In this document: positions 20,701 through 32,300 of the stretch, piece after piece
Layout: every line of letters starts with the position of its first letter
Numbering within the stretch: position 1 is the stretch's first letter
NCBI GenBank assembly: GCA_019828565.1
Contig: JAHDYR010000015.1
Coordinates: forward strand, 63,223-127,222
From: Carpediemonas membranifera BICM
Taxonomy: Eukaryota > Protista > Fornicata
DNA length: 64,000 nt
Direction: 5' to 3'
Made by a program: the position numbers and the translations under genes
The notes under the pieces: model-generated
The model's database searches: none
What the model was told of the DNA's origin: nothing
What the model saw: the letters and a program-made list of their open reading frames with translations, nothing else

Positions 20701-21775
20701 GTCCCGCCCATCCCCCACATGGCAGGCTCGGACCCGGAACTCATGATGCCTAAGGCGGACCGGCCGCAGTGCGTTTTCTCCGAGCACATATACCGCGCCC
20801 GTCACAGGACGTCGAGGATTCCGTACGGCGAACTGCTGGCGGCCTGCCTCAACACGGCGGTAGACGACCAGTACGCGACAGCACGACCGGTGATAGCAGC
20901 CTATAGGGCGGTCCTCGGGGTTGGCATGATCTCGGGGCTCCCCAGCCCAGTGGCACGGCGCCTCCAGGACGGGAACACGGCACTCTTCTGCCCCTTCTGC
21001 GGCAAAGGTGTAACCAGAGGCACGTGGGAAGACCATGCCATGCTCTGTAGCGCGAAGCGCTGGTTCCCTCAGCGGAAGAGGAACCTTTTGCACCGCCACG
21101 ACTTGGTGAAACACGGAATCGTACGGCTGCTTAGCACGACCTCGACAGAGGTCTCCATGAGAACCCCTTGATGATGGGCTCCTAAAGGACGAGAAGTACC
21201 GAGCGAAGGTTGCATACGACGAAATGGAACGCCTGCAGAAAGCAAACAGGCCTATCCCGCAAGCAATCGCTGATCAGGCAAGTAAGATCACGCAGGCACG
21301 CGCAGATATCCTGATTAATGAGCCTCTGCTCCGGAACGGCCGTCCTCTAGTGATTGAGGTCACAGTCGGCAAGTCTGACTCGGACTCATTCATCCAGGAG
21401 AAGAAGGACCAGTACGCCGACTACAATGTTGACGTCATCGTCGTCGCACTCACTCCAACCGGCAGCCACATCGAGTCAGCCGCCAGGAGTCTGGTTGAAA
21501 TCGGACAGGAAATCTGCACGATCACCGGCGCTTTACTGACCGCCGAGCTCGGCCGGTTCTCGCGATCGCACTGATGGGCTGGCTACTGAAGAAGTTATTC
21601 GAGCTCCGCAAGGCACACCGCCTGCTCCACCTGGCCACGTCCGGGATCAATCCTCCACATCTCCCCCCACCCCCTCCCACCGCCGCCATCCAGCGGAGTC
21701 AGCGTGGAGGCGCTTCGGCGCCCCGCAATGGCTGAATAATGGTATGTACATGTTTACATACAATCGAGTAAATTC
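16986..21775 (+). mobile_element. CRE-like non-LTR retrotransposon (C2H2 finger, RT, CCHC, restriction-like endonuclease) with several frameshifts
   Basis: CRECGMVFRHGGHAIWRRH; LPKPNGSLRPIGVNE, QYGLG, ADFTNAFN, GTIQGDALGPLLF, AYLDD, YLGVTI; CPFC...HAMLC; RHD; RADI...IEVTV...EKKDQY. The C-terminus in a shifted frame ends at TAA 21737-21739. The 5' boundary and any TSD were not identified. Confidence 0.9.
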
Positions 21776-21805
21776 ATAAATGAAAAAGTCACTTCAGTGA
21801 GGACG

Positions 21806-22330
21806 ATGATGCTGAAGGAGGAGTTTCTGGAGGCGTTGGAAGAACTAAGAGCTGCATATGTATGTTGAATCGCGCTAATATCTCTTATACAGGATAGTAT
21901 TCGTGAGTATCACTCTGAAGCAGTGTACGGAGCTGACGATGGTGTTATCGAGGAGCCTGAGAATAGAAGCGAAGACAAGCAATCAAACGGGTCTTCCATC
22001 GTATCCAAGGACATCCTTCGCCTGGCAAAGTCCACCAAACGGGCGAGGATAGCCAAGGACGAGCCCTCCACCGACCTTGCCCAGCGTTTCGAGGAGCACC
22101 AGCGCATTACAGCGAGCTCTGGCGGCTCATTCATCCCGTCCAAAGAGGCCGTGGTCCGAGCAGCCAACAGTGTGACCGCGCGACCGTCAGAGACCAAGAC
22201 GAAGAGCAGCGCCAGGCCAGACGTAGTAGGGGTCAACGCGTCGAACAAGCGCTTCAATGCCCGGCTTATGAGCTGTCGGAGTAGGTACCTGGACCAGATC
22301 AGCGAGAGCTTGGGCCGGGGGTCTGCTTGA
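21806..22330 (+). CDS. SYF2: Divergent SYF2 pre-mRNA splicing factor; intron 21860-21892
   Basis: C-terminus VNASNKRFNARL...YLDQISESLGRGSA matches SYF2 INERNxxFNKK...LERGTA; stop-containing 33-nt GTATGT...TTATACAG intron. Confidence 0.7.
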
Positions 22331-22497
22331 ATCACTCATTTACTATACCACTCTATCAGCCAATTTGAAGCTTAGTATAAGAGATGATGAGGTCGGAATG
22401 ATCAGTTGATGAGTTCTGTGGACACGGAAGACGGCATTCAAGTCTCATTTATGTATACATAAACGGAGTCGCATAACTCCGCAACTGGCATACCATC

Positions 22498-25400
22498 ATG
22501 GCCGGCGAAAATATCCGTGTTATCGCGCGTTTCAGGCCAATTAACAAGCGTGAGATGAAGGAGAGTGAGGAAGGAAACATCAAGGACATCAACGTTGTTT
22601 CCTTCCCCTCTAACCAGACCGTTACGGTCACCGATGAGATCATGGGACCGAAGCCCTTCAACTTCGACTATGTTTTCCAGCCTGACTGCAAGCAGACCGA
22701 TGTATACGACCAGATCGGTCGTCCTGCCGTCGAGAACATCCTCAAGGGCTACAACTCCACCGTCTTCGCCTACGGCCAGACCGGAGCAGGTCCGTAACCC
22801 CCACAGCGCTCACACAGGCAAGTCCTGGTCCATGTTCGGCGACATCAAGAACATCGAGACCCAGGGTATCATCCCCCGCGCGGCTGGGCACATTTTCAAA
22901 CACATTGAGATGGACGAACGTAATACCGAGTATTCCATCAAGTGCTCATTCGCTGAGATCTACATGGAGAAGATCCGAGACCTGCTTGCCCCCGAGAACG
23001 ACAACCTGCCCGTTCGCGAGTCCCCAGACAAGGGCATCTACGTCGAGGGCCTTACTGAGGAGTATGTCGGCAACGAGATGGACATCATGACCGTGCTCGA
23101 GGAGGGCGAGAAGAGCAGGTCCGTGGCATTCACCGAGATGAACGCGACGTCGTCCCGCTCACACTCTGTGTTCATCGTCAAGGTCGACCAGAAGTCCGAA
23201 GAGGGCTCGTCCATCGCAGGTAAGCTCAACCTCGTCGATCTGGCGGGTAGCGAGAAGGTCTCCAAGACCGGTGCGAAGGGCCAGACGTTCGAGGAGGCCA
23301 AGCGCATCAACGGCTCGCTGTCAGCCCTGGGCAACTGCATCAAGGCCCTCGTCGTGGGCGCCAAGCACATCCCCTACCGTGACAGCAAGCTGACCCGCAT
23401 CCTGCAGGAGTCCCTCGGCGGGAACACCAAGACGACGCTCATCATCGCCTGCTCGCCCCATAAGTTCAACCGAGAGGAGACGATCAACACGCTCAAGTTT
23501 GGTGAGCGCGCCAAGACCATCAAGAACGTCGCCAAGTGCAACGCCCAGAAGAGCGCGGCCGAGCTGCTCAAGATCATCAAGCAGCTAAACATCCAGATCG
23601 CCAAGCTCAAGCTCTACGCCAAGGACCTCGAGACCGAGGTCGAGTTCTACAAGAACAAGGCCGAGACGGGCGAGGACGCCGCACCCCCCGCCACGCTGGG
23701 CCGACGCATGGACGTCAGCCTCAACGACGACGAGAAGGAGGCCGTGCAGGGCGAGGTCGAGCGGGCCAAGGAGGAGGCCCGGGCCGCGGCTGCTGCCAAG
23801 GGAGAAGAGGTCGACGAGGCCAAGATCGAGGCCGAGGCCGCCGCTGCATCCGGCATTGCTGACCCAGCCGCTGCCACTGCAGCCGCAGGAGACAACGACG
23901 AACCGACGTCGACCCAGGCGCCCTACAGCACCCAGGGCCAGATCTTCGAGAGCAACAGCGTTGGGACGGCCGAGCTCAACGCCCGCATCGCTGACTTGCA
24001 GGCTAAGGTCAAGATCGCCGAGGAGGAGCTGTCGTGCCGGGAGAAGGAGATGCAGGCCGAGATCGACGAGCTGCAGGCCGCCCTCAAGGAAGCTGCCAAC
24101 AGCGCCGACGCCGAGGAGATGCGCCGCAAGGAGGTCGAGTTCGAGGCAGCTCTCGAGGAGGCCGAGGCCCGCGCCCAGGCGGACCTGGACGAGAAGGACC
24201 GGCAGCTCGAGGGCCTCCAGAGCGACCTGGCACTCGCCAAGGAGCAGTACTCCCGCCTAGAGGAGAGCAAGAACGAGGAGATCGCCGCCCTCGAGGAGGA
24301 GCTCGAGGCTAAGCTCACTGAGGCCGAGGAGACGGAGGAGAAGCTCGAGGAGCTCAAGGAGACGATCGCCGAAAAGGTGGCCGAGCTGGAGGAGCTCGAG
24401 GTGGCCAAGGAAGAGGAGCTTAAGGAGGAGCTGGAGGCGATGGAGGAGGAGCTCAACGACATGCAGGAGCAGGTTGCAGAGCTCGAGGAGTCCAAGGCCG
24501 CGCTCGAAGAGGAGCTGGAGGAGGCCAAGGAGGCCTCCGCGGGCGCATCCGAGGAAGAGCTTGAGGAGCTCCGGCAGCAGCACGCCGACGCCGTCGCCTC
24601 GCTCGAGTCCAAGGTCAAGTTTGCTGAGCAGGAGCTCGCCGCGAATAAGGCCTACCTCGACGAGCGCGAGAAGGCCGTCAACGAGGCCCGCAAGGAGCTC
24701 GGTGTTGCCCAGGAGACGATCTCCGCGAACAACGAGGAGATCATGGATCTGACGAACGCCCTCTCGTCGCTGGAGGAGCTCGTAGGCGGTCTGGAGCGGG
24801 AGAAGGACGCTCTCAAGGCAGACATCGTGCAACTCACGCAGGAGCGCGACCAGCGCATCGCCGAGGAGCGAGATGAGACACAGGTGGCGATGGCCGCGCA
24901 GCTGGACACGATCCGCGAGCTCAAGAGCCAGGTAGCCGCGGCCGAGGACGTCCTGGCGAAGTACCAAGAGCTCCAGGTCGAGCACGAGGACCTGCAGGAC
25001 ACCAACGCCCTGCTGACGAGCGAGCAGGACAAGCTCGCGGCCCTCAAGCGCCGCCTCGAGCAGGAGAACGCAGACCTGGCCGCCGAGCGGGAGAAGTACC
25101 TGCAGGGCGAGCTGATGCAGCGGGAGCGGGCCGAGCAGCTCGCCAACACCGCTGCACAGCTGCAGGGCCGGCTGGAGAAGCAGACGGCGCTCCTCAGCGA
25201 GCTCCGGGCGGGCCGCCGGGCACCTGTGGTCAAGCATGGCGAGGGCGACACCGCGGGCGGGGACGGGGAGAGCAGCGAGGAGGTCGCCGCGCTCACTGTC
25301 ATCGAGAAGAAGGACGAGGTCATCAAGAAGCAGACGGGGACGATCGAGAAGATCGAGGCCGACCTCGAGCGGACCCGGGAGAAGCTCAAGGAGATGAAGG

Positions 25401-26002
25401 AGGAGCTCAAGGCGCTGAAGGAGGCGCAGCGCGAGGCCAACAGCGCCAAGGGAGCGGAGCTGAAGACGCTCAAGACCGAGCTCACCGCAGAGTTCAAGGA
25501 GGCCGAGAAGACCCTCAAGGAGGAGCTCAAGGCCGCGCAGAAGGAGGCCACCGAGGCCCGCAAGGAGGCGAAGGACGCCAAGGCCCAGGCGACCACGGCG
25601 ACGGAGACGGCTGAACACGCCGGGGCCAAGCTCGAGAAGGCCGAGGAGGAGCTGCGCGTCAAGACCGCGGCGGTCACTGAGGCAGCGGAGAAGAACCGGA
25701 TCATGCAGCGGCGCATGGACGAGGCTGTCGCTGAGCGGGACGCCCTCCAGGCGAACATGACGGAGCAGCTGAAGGAGAAGACGAAGGAGCTGTCCGTCGA
25801 GATCCGGGAGACCCAGGCCAAGCGCCACGCCCGTGTGTGGAAGCCTCTGACCAGGGAGTCGATGGCGAAGGAGAAGAACTCGAAGCTGCTGAACGACGCG
25901 ATGCGAGAGACGGTCGACTTCTCGACTATCAGGCTCAAGAAAACCGGGAACAACCGCTTCCTTGAGGAAGCCCGCAGGGAGGCCGAGCGCGTCAAGAACT
26001 AA
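22498..26002 (+). CDS. Kinesin heavy chain (kinesin-1-like) with long acidic coiled coil; intron 22790-22817
   Basis: The 28-nt intron splits the P-loop GQTGAGKS; SSRSH, DLAGSE, HIPYRDSKLTRILQESLGGN. Confidence 0.95.
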
Positions 26003-26565
26003 GCCCGGCACTGTATTCATTATTCATCGATGCGACGTTATTGTCGTTGGAATTGTTTTTTTTCATGTTAAAAAGGGTTAGAAGGTATAATAGTATTCTC
26101 GCCAAGGTCTGCCACCTCAGCCTGGCCGAGGGTCGCGTGTTCAACCCCAAATCAAAACCGACTCGCCAGCATGGGTATGATAAACCTCGCGCAAGCCAAC
26201 CCGTGTCATCATCATAACCTCTACGACAAGAAGGGTGTGCTGCGGGCGCCGGCATCTCCACACGGAGCACAGCCCACGGCTACTCTCAGTGCAGACGCAC
26301 GGGTCGATATCAATTACTCCGTGTTCGAGGGCAAGGTGATAAACGGCTGCCCTGAGAGCATGGGGCAGCGGATGGTGCTGAATGTCAGCGAAGTGAGGCA
26401 GAGCTTGGCTGCGGGACACTCTGAGTCTGCCTCATCATATCAACGATCGAGGAGCAGTAGAAATATAAGGTGAAGGTCAGTGGAGTTGAGGGTTGGGGTG
26501 ATTTACTTTGTTACGTGAAGTATCCGTATCTCTGTCAACTGGAAACCACGAGTGGTCAGCAGAAG

Positions 26566-27361
26566 ATGAGCTGCGTGGAAGTGCAAGACCTTCTACCACT
26601 CCTATTCGAAGGAAGAGAGTCTATAACCGAGATCGAGGTCGAAGATCCCGTGATTAAGCGCTTCATGGCTATCGTTTGTCGCCTTTTTCTAGTTCTCACG
26701 CCAGATGACCAAGATCCAAAGCGTAGAGGATGATGTGAGCAAGAATAAGTCTATATTCGTCACTGGCGAGATCACCACGGAAGCGGAAGAAGCAGTACTC
26801 GAGCAGATCATCGCAAGATACTTGGCGATGGTGAAAGCACTCACAGAGGAGAGCGAGGACCTCATCCGCCTAATCAGTAACAACACGCCCAAAGACTTAA
26901 GCACAGCTCTCCAAACAACCCTGGATAGCCACGCATACCACCTCACCGCCATGCTCGAGCGGCTGCAGGCCAACCGACTCCGCCAGTCACGGGCTAGAGC
27001 GGTCTGGGCCCTCAGAGACGCTGCCCTCACCGAGCCCCTGGCCGACGTCTGGGCCGATGTTAGCCCGCAGTTTATGTCATACGAAGAGTTGCCCCAGGAG
27101 ACACTGGGTGCCAAGCGGCTGGAGAACGCGATGAGGGAGATCAGCGGGTTCAGTAGGCTGTTTGCGGCGCGGGTGGACATGCAGGCTGAGCAGATCAACC
27201 TGCTCCACGACGACGCCGTGATGACGCTGGACAGCATGCAGCGGGGCAACGTACAGCTGTGGAGGGCACATAAGCATCTTACCAGGGGCACTAAGATGAT
27301 TGTGGCGTATCTATTGGCGGCGACTGCGTGTCTATGGATGCTCCACTACATCAACGACTGA
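26566..27361 (+). CDS. Qa-SNARE, syntaxin-18/Ufe1-like; intron 26674-26704
   Basis: SNARE helix LENAMREISGFSRLFAARVDMQAEQINLL and a C-terminal TM anchor; 31-nt GTTTGT...CTCACGCCAG intron. Confidence 0.75.
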
Positions 27362-27637
27362 CGGGCGAGATGGAATGGAATATGGTGTGCTTGGTGTCGG
27401 CTCTACAGCATATTCTGGCCATGGCGATGCCATGAGATGGTGATGGCGCGATGAATTCAGAGCCAACCCTGCCATCAATCTAGATACGAAATGGATCCAA
27501 AAATAAAAATATGAGCAGCTATAGGCACGTAATGGGCGGTTCTAGAGTCGCGGAGGTCGTCCAAACCTCGGGGGTTGGGTTGCAGAAAAAAGTTAGATGG
27601 GCGGGAAAAAATCGGACAAAGGACAAAGGAGGCTCGA

Positions 27638-28339
27638 ATGCTCTCGTCCTCGTACAGTTATGGATCATTTTCCGAGATGCCATGTTTGTTTCCTCTTATT
27701 ATGCTATTACGCAGGGTTCGTTTCACATCAGCCTTCTCTTTACCCAGGGTTACTTCCTTCTTATCCGAAAGAGGCAACGATTTGCTTTGCGAAGTGCCAG
27801 TAGAGTTTATTGAGGACTCTTTCAACCTTACCGGGCTTGATCAGCAGGTTCCGTACTATGATGACGCCCTGGACATTATTCTGGATGAGAGCACTGTTGA
27901 TAGCGATGTTCTCCAGGAATCCGCGCGCCTCCTTTATGCCCTCATTCATCAGCGCTACGTTATCACTCCCTACGGGCTCGGAGACATGAAGCGGAAGTAC
28001 AAGAGAGGGGAGTTCGGCAAGTGCCCCCGGGTCTTGTGTAACCACCAGCCAAGCGTACCAGTAGCCGTCACCCAGAAGCCAGGAAAGGACTGCGTTCGGT
28101 TCTTCTGCCCGCGGTGCAAGAATATCTACTTCCCCAAGTCTCGGTACCACGAGGGCGTCGACGGGGTGTTCTTTGGGACAACATTCGCCCACCTCTTCTT
28201 CATGACTTATAGTGACCTCATCCCACAAGAACCGCCACACGAATACGTCCCTAGGATCTTTGGGTTCCGCATTTTCGACGAGGAGGCCTATAAGCGGCGG
28301 CATGAAGCGAAAGCCATCAAGATGAAGGAAGAAGACTGA
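27638..28339 (+). CDS. CSNK2B: Casein kinase II regulatory (beta) subunit; predicted introns 27684-27714 and 27716-27747 flank a 1-nt exon
   Basis: RGNDLLCEV..EFIEDSFNLTGL, FGKCPRVLC, FCPRC, DGVFFGTTF, YVPRIFGF. Confidence 0.95.
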   Translation: MLSSSYSYGSFSEMPCLFPLIMLLRRVRFTSAFSLPRVTSFLSERGNDLLCEVPVEFIEDSFNLTGLDQQVPYYDDALDIILDESTVDSDVLQESARLLYALIHQRYVITPYGLGDMKRKYKRGEFGKCPRVLCNHQPSVPVAVTQKPGKDCVRFFCPRCKNIYFPKSRYHEGVDGVFFGTTFAHLFFMTYSDLIPQEPPHEYVPRIFGFRIFDEEAYKRRHEAKAIKMKEED

Positions 28340-28573
28340 TTGTACTCATTTGAACATAAATATTGCGCGATTGCCATGATCCGGAGACTGTGGGGGTGCT
28401 GACGACTTGGTACTCTGGTTGACTATCGAGCGAGGCGATTGAAGTCATCGGGATCATATTAGGCATAAGACCAGTATGCTAAGCATCTCTGGACGTGCCA
28501 ATGAATGACAGCAGAATTTTTTTCGCAGGTTAAGACCAGAAACTGGCATTTTGCCGAGATCTCGTCGTAGAGA

Positions 28574-28999
28574 ATGTGTAAGCATATCCTTAACGCTCAA
28601 GTTGCGATTCGTGCCCCTTGCTGCCGGAGGTGGTTCGATTGCCCCCAGTGCCACGCTGAATCCCAGGATCACGAACTCGAGCAGAGCTACGAACTCACTC
28701 TTGCTTGCAAGAAGTGCAAGAAGGTCTTCCGAATTGACTTGCGCGAAGGCGAGCGCGATGAGGCCGATGAGTTCTGCCCCCACTGCGACAACCACTACGT
28801 CCTGGAGGCCGTCACTCCCGAGGACAAGGCCGAGCTCCGCATTGAGGCCGAGGAGGGCAAGGAGTCTGAGATGATCCGCGATACCCGTGACCATAACAAG
28901 GAGCGTAGGCGCCAGCATGCCATGGAAGATGCTGACTTCCTCACCCAGCACATCAAGAAGATGGCCGCCCAGAGCGACTTCAACGGCATGTACCAGTAA
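28574..28999 (+). CDS. CHY zinc-finger protein
   Basis: MCKHILNAQVAIRAPCCRRWFDCPQCH...CKKCKK...CPHCDNHY. Confidence 0.85.
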   Translation: MCKHILNAQVAIRAPCCRRWFDCPQCHAESQDHELEQSYELTLACKKCKKVFRIDLREGERDEADEFCPHCDNHYVLEAVTPEDKAELRIEAEEGKESEMIRDTRDHNKERRRQHAMEDADFLTQHIKKMAAQSDFNGMYQ

Positions 29000-29381
29000 G
29001 GAGAGCCGGGTGCCGTGTAGGCGCTGGCTATCGCTGAACAATAGATTGTGTTAAAATGCGATTGTTTGACTGCAAGATTGCGAGATGATCAAACAAACAT
29101 GAGGGAACATCGATAATGCGAAGCATCTAGCCTATTCCAGTCATGTGCTATACCGGTACGCTATGTATTCCTTACTATATCGCGTCAACCCGGCGTTTTC
29201 CACTGTTTCAACCGGACATAAACATCACTCAACCCTGCACATGTGTGGCGGATCAATAAAAAGCGTTTACTCTATATGAAGAAGGCCCAGTGCCCTCTGA
29301 TACGATACATGATTTTAGTCCACGACGGCCTGATCTTGAACAGTGATCTGGAAAACTTTTTGTCCGTTTCGAGACGACATC

Positions 29382-32300
29382 ATGTCAACAGGTTCTGAGA
29401 GCGAGGTATCTGAGGCCTCTTCTCCCGACATCGGGGAAATAGAAGCTCAGAGCCACGGTCTTTCGCTTCATTCGATGAGTGAAAGCGAATCCACGGCCAG
29501 TGATGGCGATATGCCTCTCCCTGACGAGGATAACTTCGCTATGAGCTTTGTTCCACGCAGGGATGGCGAGCATGATCATGCAGTGGACAATGATATTCGT
29601 GCAGCCATCGCACGGCTCGCACATCAGGAGGCCGAGCAACCAAACTCCCCATACACCATGAAGCTCTACAGCCAGCACGAACAGTCGGGAAAGCGGCTCA
29701 ACCACGCCGACGAGACCATTCCAGAGGAGCATGAGGGCCCTTCTTCGCTCAAAGCGAGACTCACATCCCTGTCTCCCTTCGGAAAGAAGAAGAAGGCTCA
29801 GGCAGGCAAAGCCAAGGGCCTCGGTACCATCTTCGGAGTGATCGTGCCCACGTGCCAGAACATCCTCGGCGTCATCCTCTTCCTCCGGCTCTCCTGGATC
29901 ACTGGCGAGGCCGGGCTCCTCGGCACGCTCGGCATCATCGCCGTGTGCACCCTCTCCACAATCCTCACGGCCATCAGCGTTTCCGCGGTCTCCACAAACG
30001 GCCCGATCAAGGGCGGCGGCACGTACGGCCTCATCTCCCGGTCACTGGGCCCGGAGATGGGTGCAGCCATCGGTATCCTCTTCTATATGGCGCTGACCGC
30101 TGAGTGTGCCATGTACATCATCGGTGCGGCTGAGCTAGTCCAGAGCATGTTCGAATTCATCCCCCAGGGCGCTCTGGGCGTCCGCATCCTCTCGCCCATC
30201 TTCCTCGTCGGCGTGCTCGCCGTTGTCTTCGGTGGCATGAAGTTCATCTCTCTCATGGCCCCGATCTTCTTCCTCGTCACCCTGGTCTCCATCGGCGGCA
30301 TCTACGTCGGCCTCCTCTCCCTCCCCCGGGACCTCAACCGTGGCATGTACCCCGGCCTCATCAGCACTCAGCCGCTGGACGCAATCAAGAGCAACCTCAT
30401 GCCGGCCGCCGCATTCGGTGCCGTCTCTGAGCTGTTCTCCGTGTTCTACCCCTCCGTCACGGGCATCATGGCCGGCCCCAACAGGGCTGCCTCTCTCAAG
30501 GCCCCCGGCAAGGCTATTCCTCTCGGGACGACATCCGCAATTGGGCTCACGACGTTTATCTACGTCTCCATCGTCGTGCTCTTCTGCTTTACGATCGATA
30601 ATGATACTCTACGTAACACGTATCAAATGATTGACGGCAAGCGCTTCTTCCCCGTCTCCGAGGTCTCCTGGCCCACCCGGTACATCGTAGACGCCGGCAT
30701 CTTCTCCTCAACCATCGGCGCTGCTCTGCAGACAGCCACTGGCGCCCCACGCCTCCTCCAGGCAATCGCCAGCGACAACGTCCTACCAATCCTGAAGCCC
30801 CTGCGGCACCGGGTGCTCGGCAACCCGGTCCCCGCTACGGTGTTTACTGCGGTCCTCGTGTTCTTCATCCTGATGATGGGCGAGCTGAACGCGATCACAC
30901 CCATCACCACGATGTGCTTCATCATGTGCTACCTCTCTGTCAACTTCTCATGCGCCCTCCAGGGCATGATCCGGTCGCCCTCATTCAGACCCAAGTTCAA
31001 GTTCTGGTCGTGGAAGGTGTCGATGTTTGCCGTCTTCCTCTGCATCATCATCATGTTCCTCATATCATGGTACTACGCCCTCATCGCCATCGGCCTGTCC
31101 GTCGGCATTTATAAGTATGTCCAGTGGACCGGCGCCAAGCAGAACTGGGGCGACGGCATCCGTGGCTGGAGGATGCAGCAGGTCCGGTCGGGCCTCCATT
31201 CCCTCGATGAGATCGCCAAGGACGTCCACCCCAACAACTGGCGGCCACAGCTGCTTGTGCTCCTCACACTCGCCACGCCCGAACGGGTGTTGACTCACTA
31301 CAAGAACATCGACGCCCTCGCCGCCTTTGGTCGCCACACTGTCATGGCCGGCCTCGCCAAACGCGCCCCAGCTGGGGGTGACCCGAACAAGACAATCCAC
31401 ACCGCCCAGGAGGCCGCCCTGCCCGAGTTCAACCGCGAGCGGGAGGACCTGTGCTGCGAGTGTGACGAGGACTGCCCGCCGCTCGTCCCCCTCCACCCGG
31501 GCCTGTTGTCCCTCGCCGCACAGCTCCGGAAGAGCAAGGGGCTCACCGTTGTCGGTGCTGTCGTCGAGGGCTACCCCAGAGAGACGCTGGCCGTCAGACG
31601 GGCCGTGAAACACCACATTGAGCGGATCATGATGCCCTCCAAGCTCAAGGCATTCGTCAGCGTCATTAGCTACCACACGAGCGACAGGAGCGAGTGCGAA
31701 CTCCTTGGGGCAGCCAATCTCGTCGAGAGCAGCGGGCTCGGTGAGATGAGACCGAACTGCGTACTGGCGCACTGGCCTGACGAGTGGCGCAACCCCGCCT
31801 CGAGCAAGAGTGCGTACAAGTTCTTCCGGTTCATCAGCACGTGCGAGGCGGAGAAGATGGCTGTCATTTTGGCCCGGAATCTCACTGACTCACCCGCCCC
31901 CAAGGACAGGGCGAGCGGCACAATAGACATATTCTGGTTCCTTCACGACGGCGGGTTGCTCCTGCTCCTTCCGTACCTCCTGAAGAAGCACAAGACATGG
32001 CGTCACTGCGGGATGAGGCTTTTCACAGTCGCTGAGCCAGGCGACGACACGGCCCGACTCCAGAAGAAGATCGAGGACCTCCTCGCCTCTGCCCGCATCG
32101 AAGTCGAGTCTATCACGGTCCTGGAGCTCGACGCGGAGGTCAAGGAATACGCCTACCAGCGCACGGTGCTGCTTGACCAGCGTCGGGAACTCCTGATGCA
32201 GCTCAACGGCAGTTTCGACGCTGACATGCTCGTGGATGAGATCTCGCACCATCGCGAGACACCGAAGGAGCCTGATCACGACCGCGTGCTCATCATCGAC

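Noticed and set aside
23923-26020. Long antisense ORFs (587, 447 and 231 aa) over the kinesin tail, and similar shadow ORFs over other genes
   Set aside because: Expected by-product of GC-rich, biased codon usage on the sense strand; low-complexity translations with no motifs.
27575-27747. Unspliced CK2-beta N-terminal extension given by the ORF track
   Set aside because: The frame stays open only because the two introns total 63 nt; the read-through lacks the conserved Trp.
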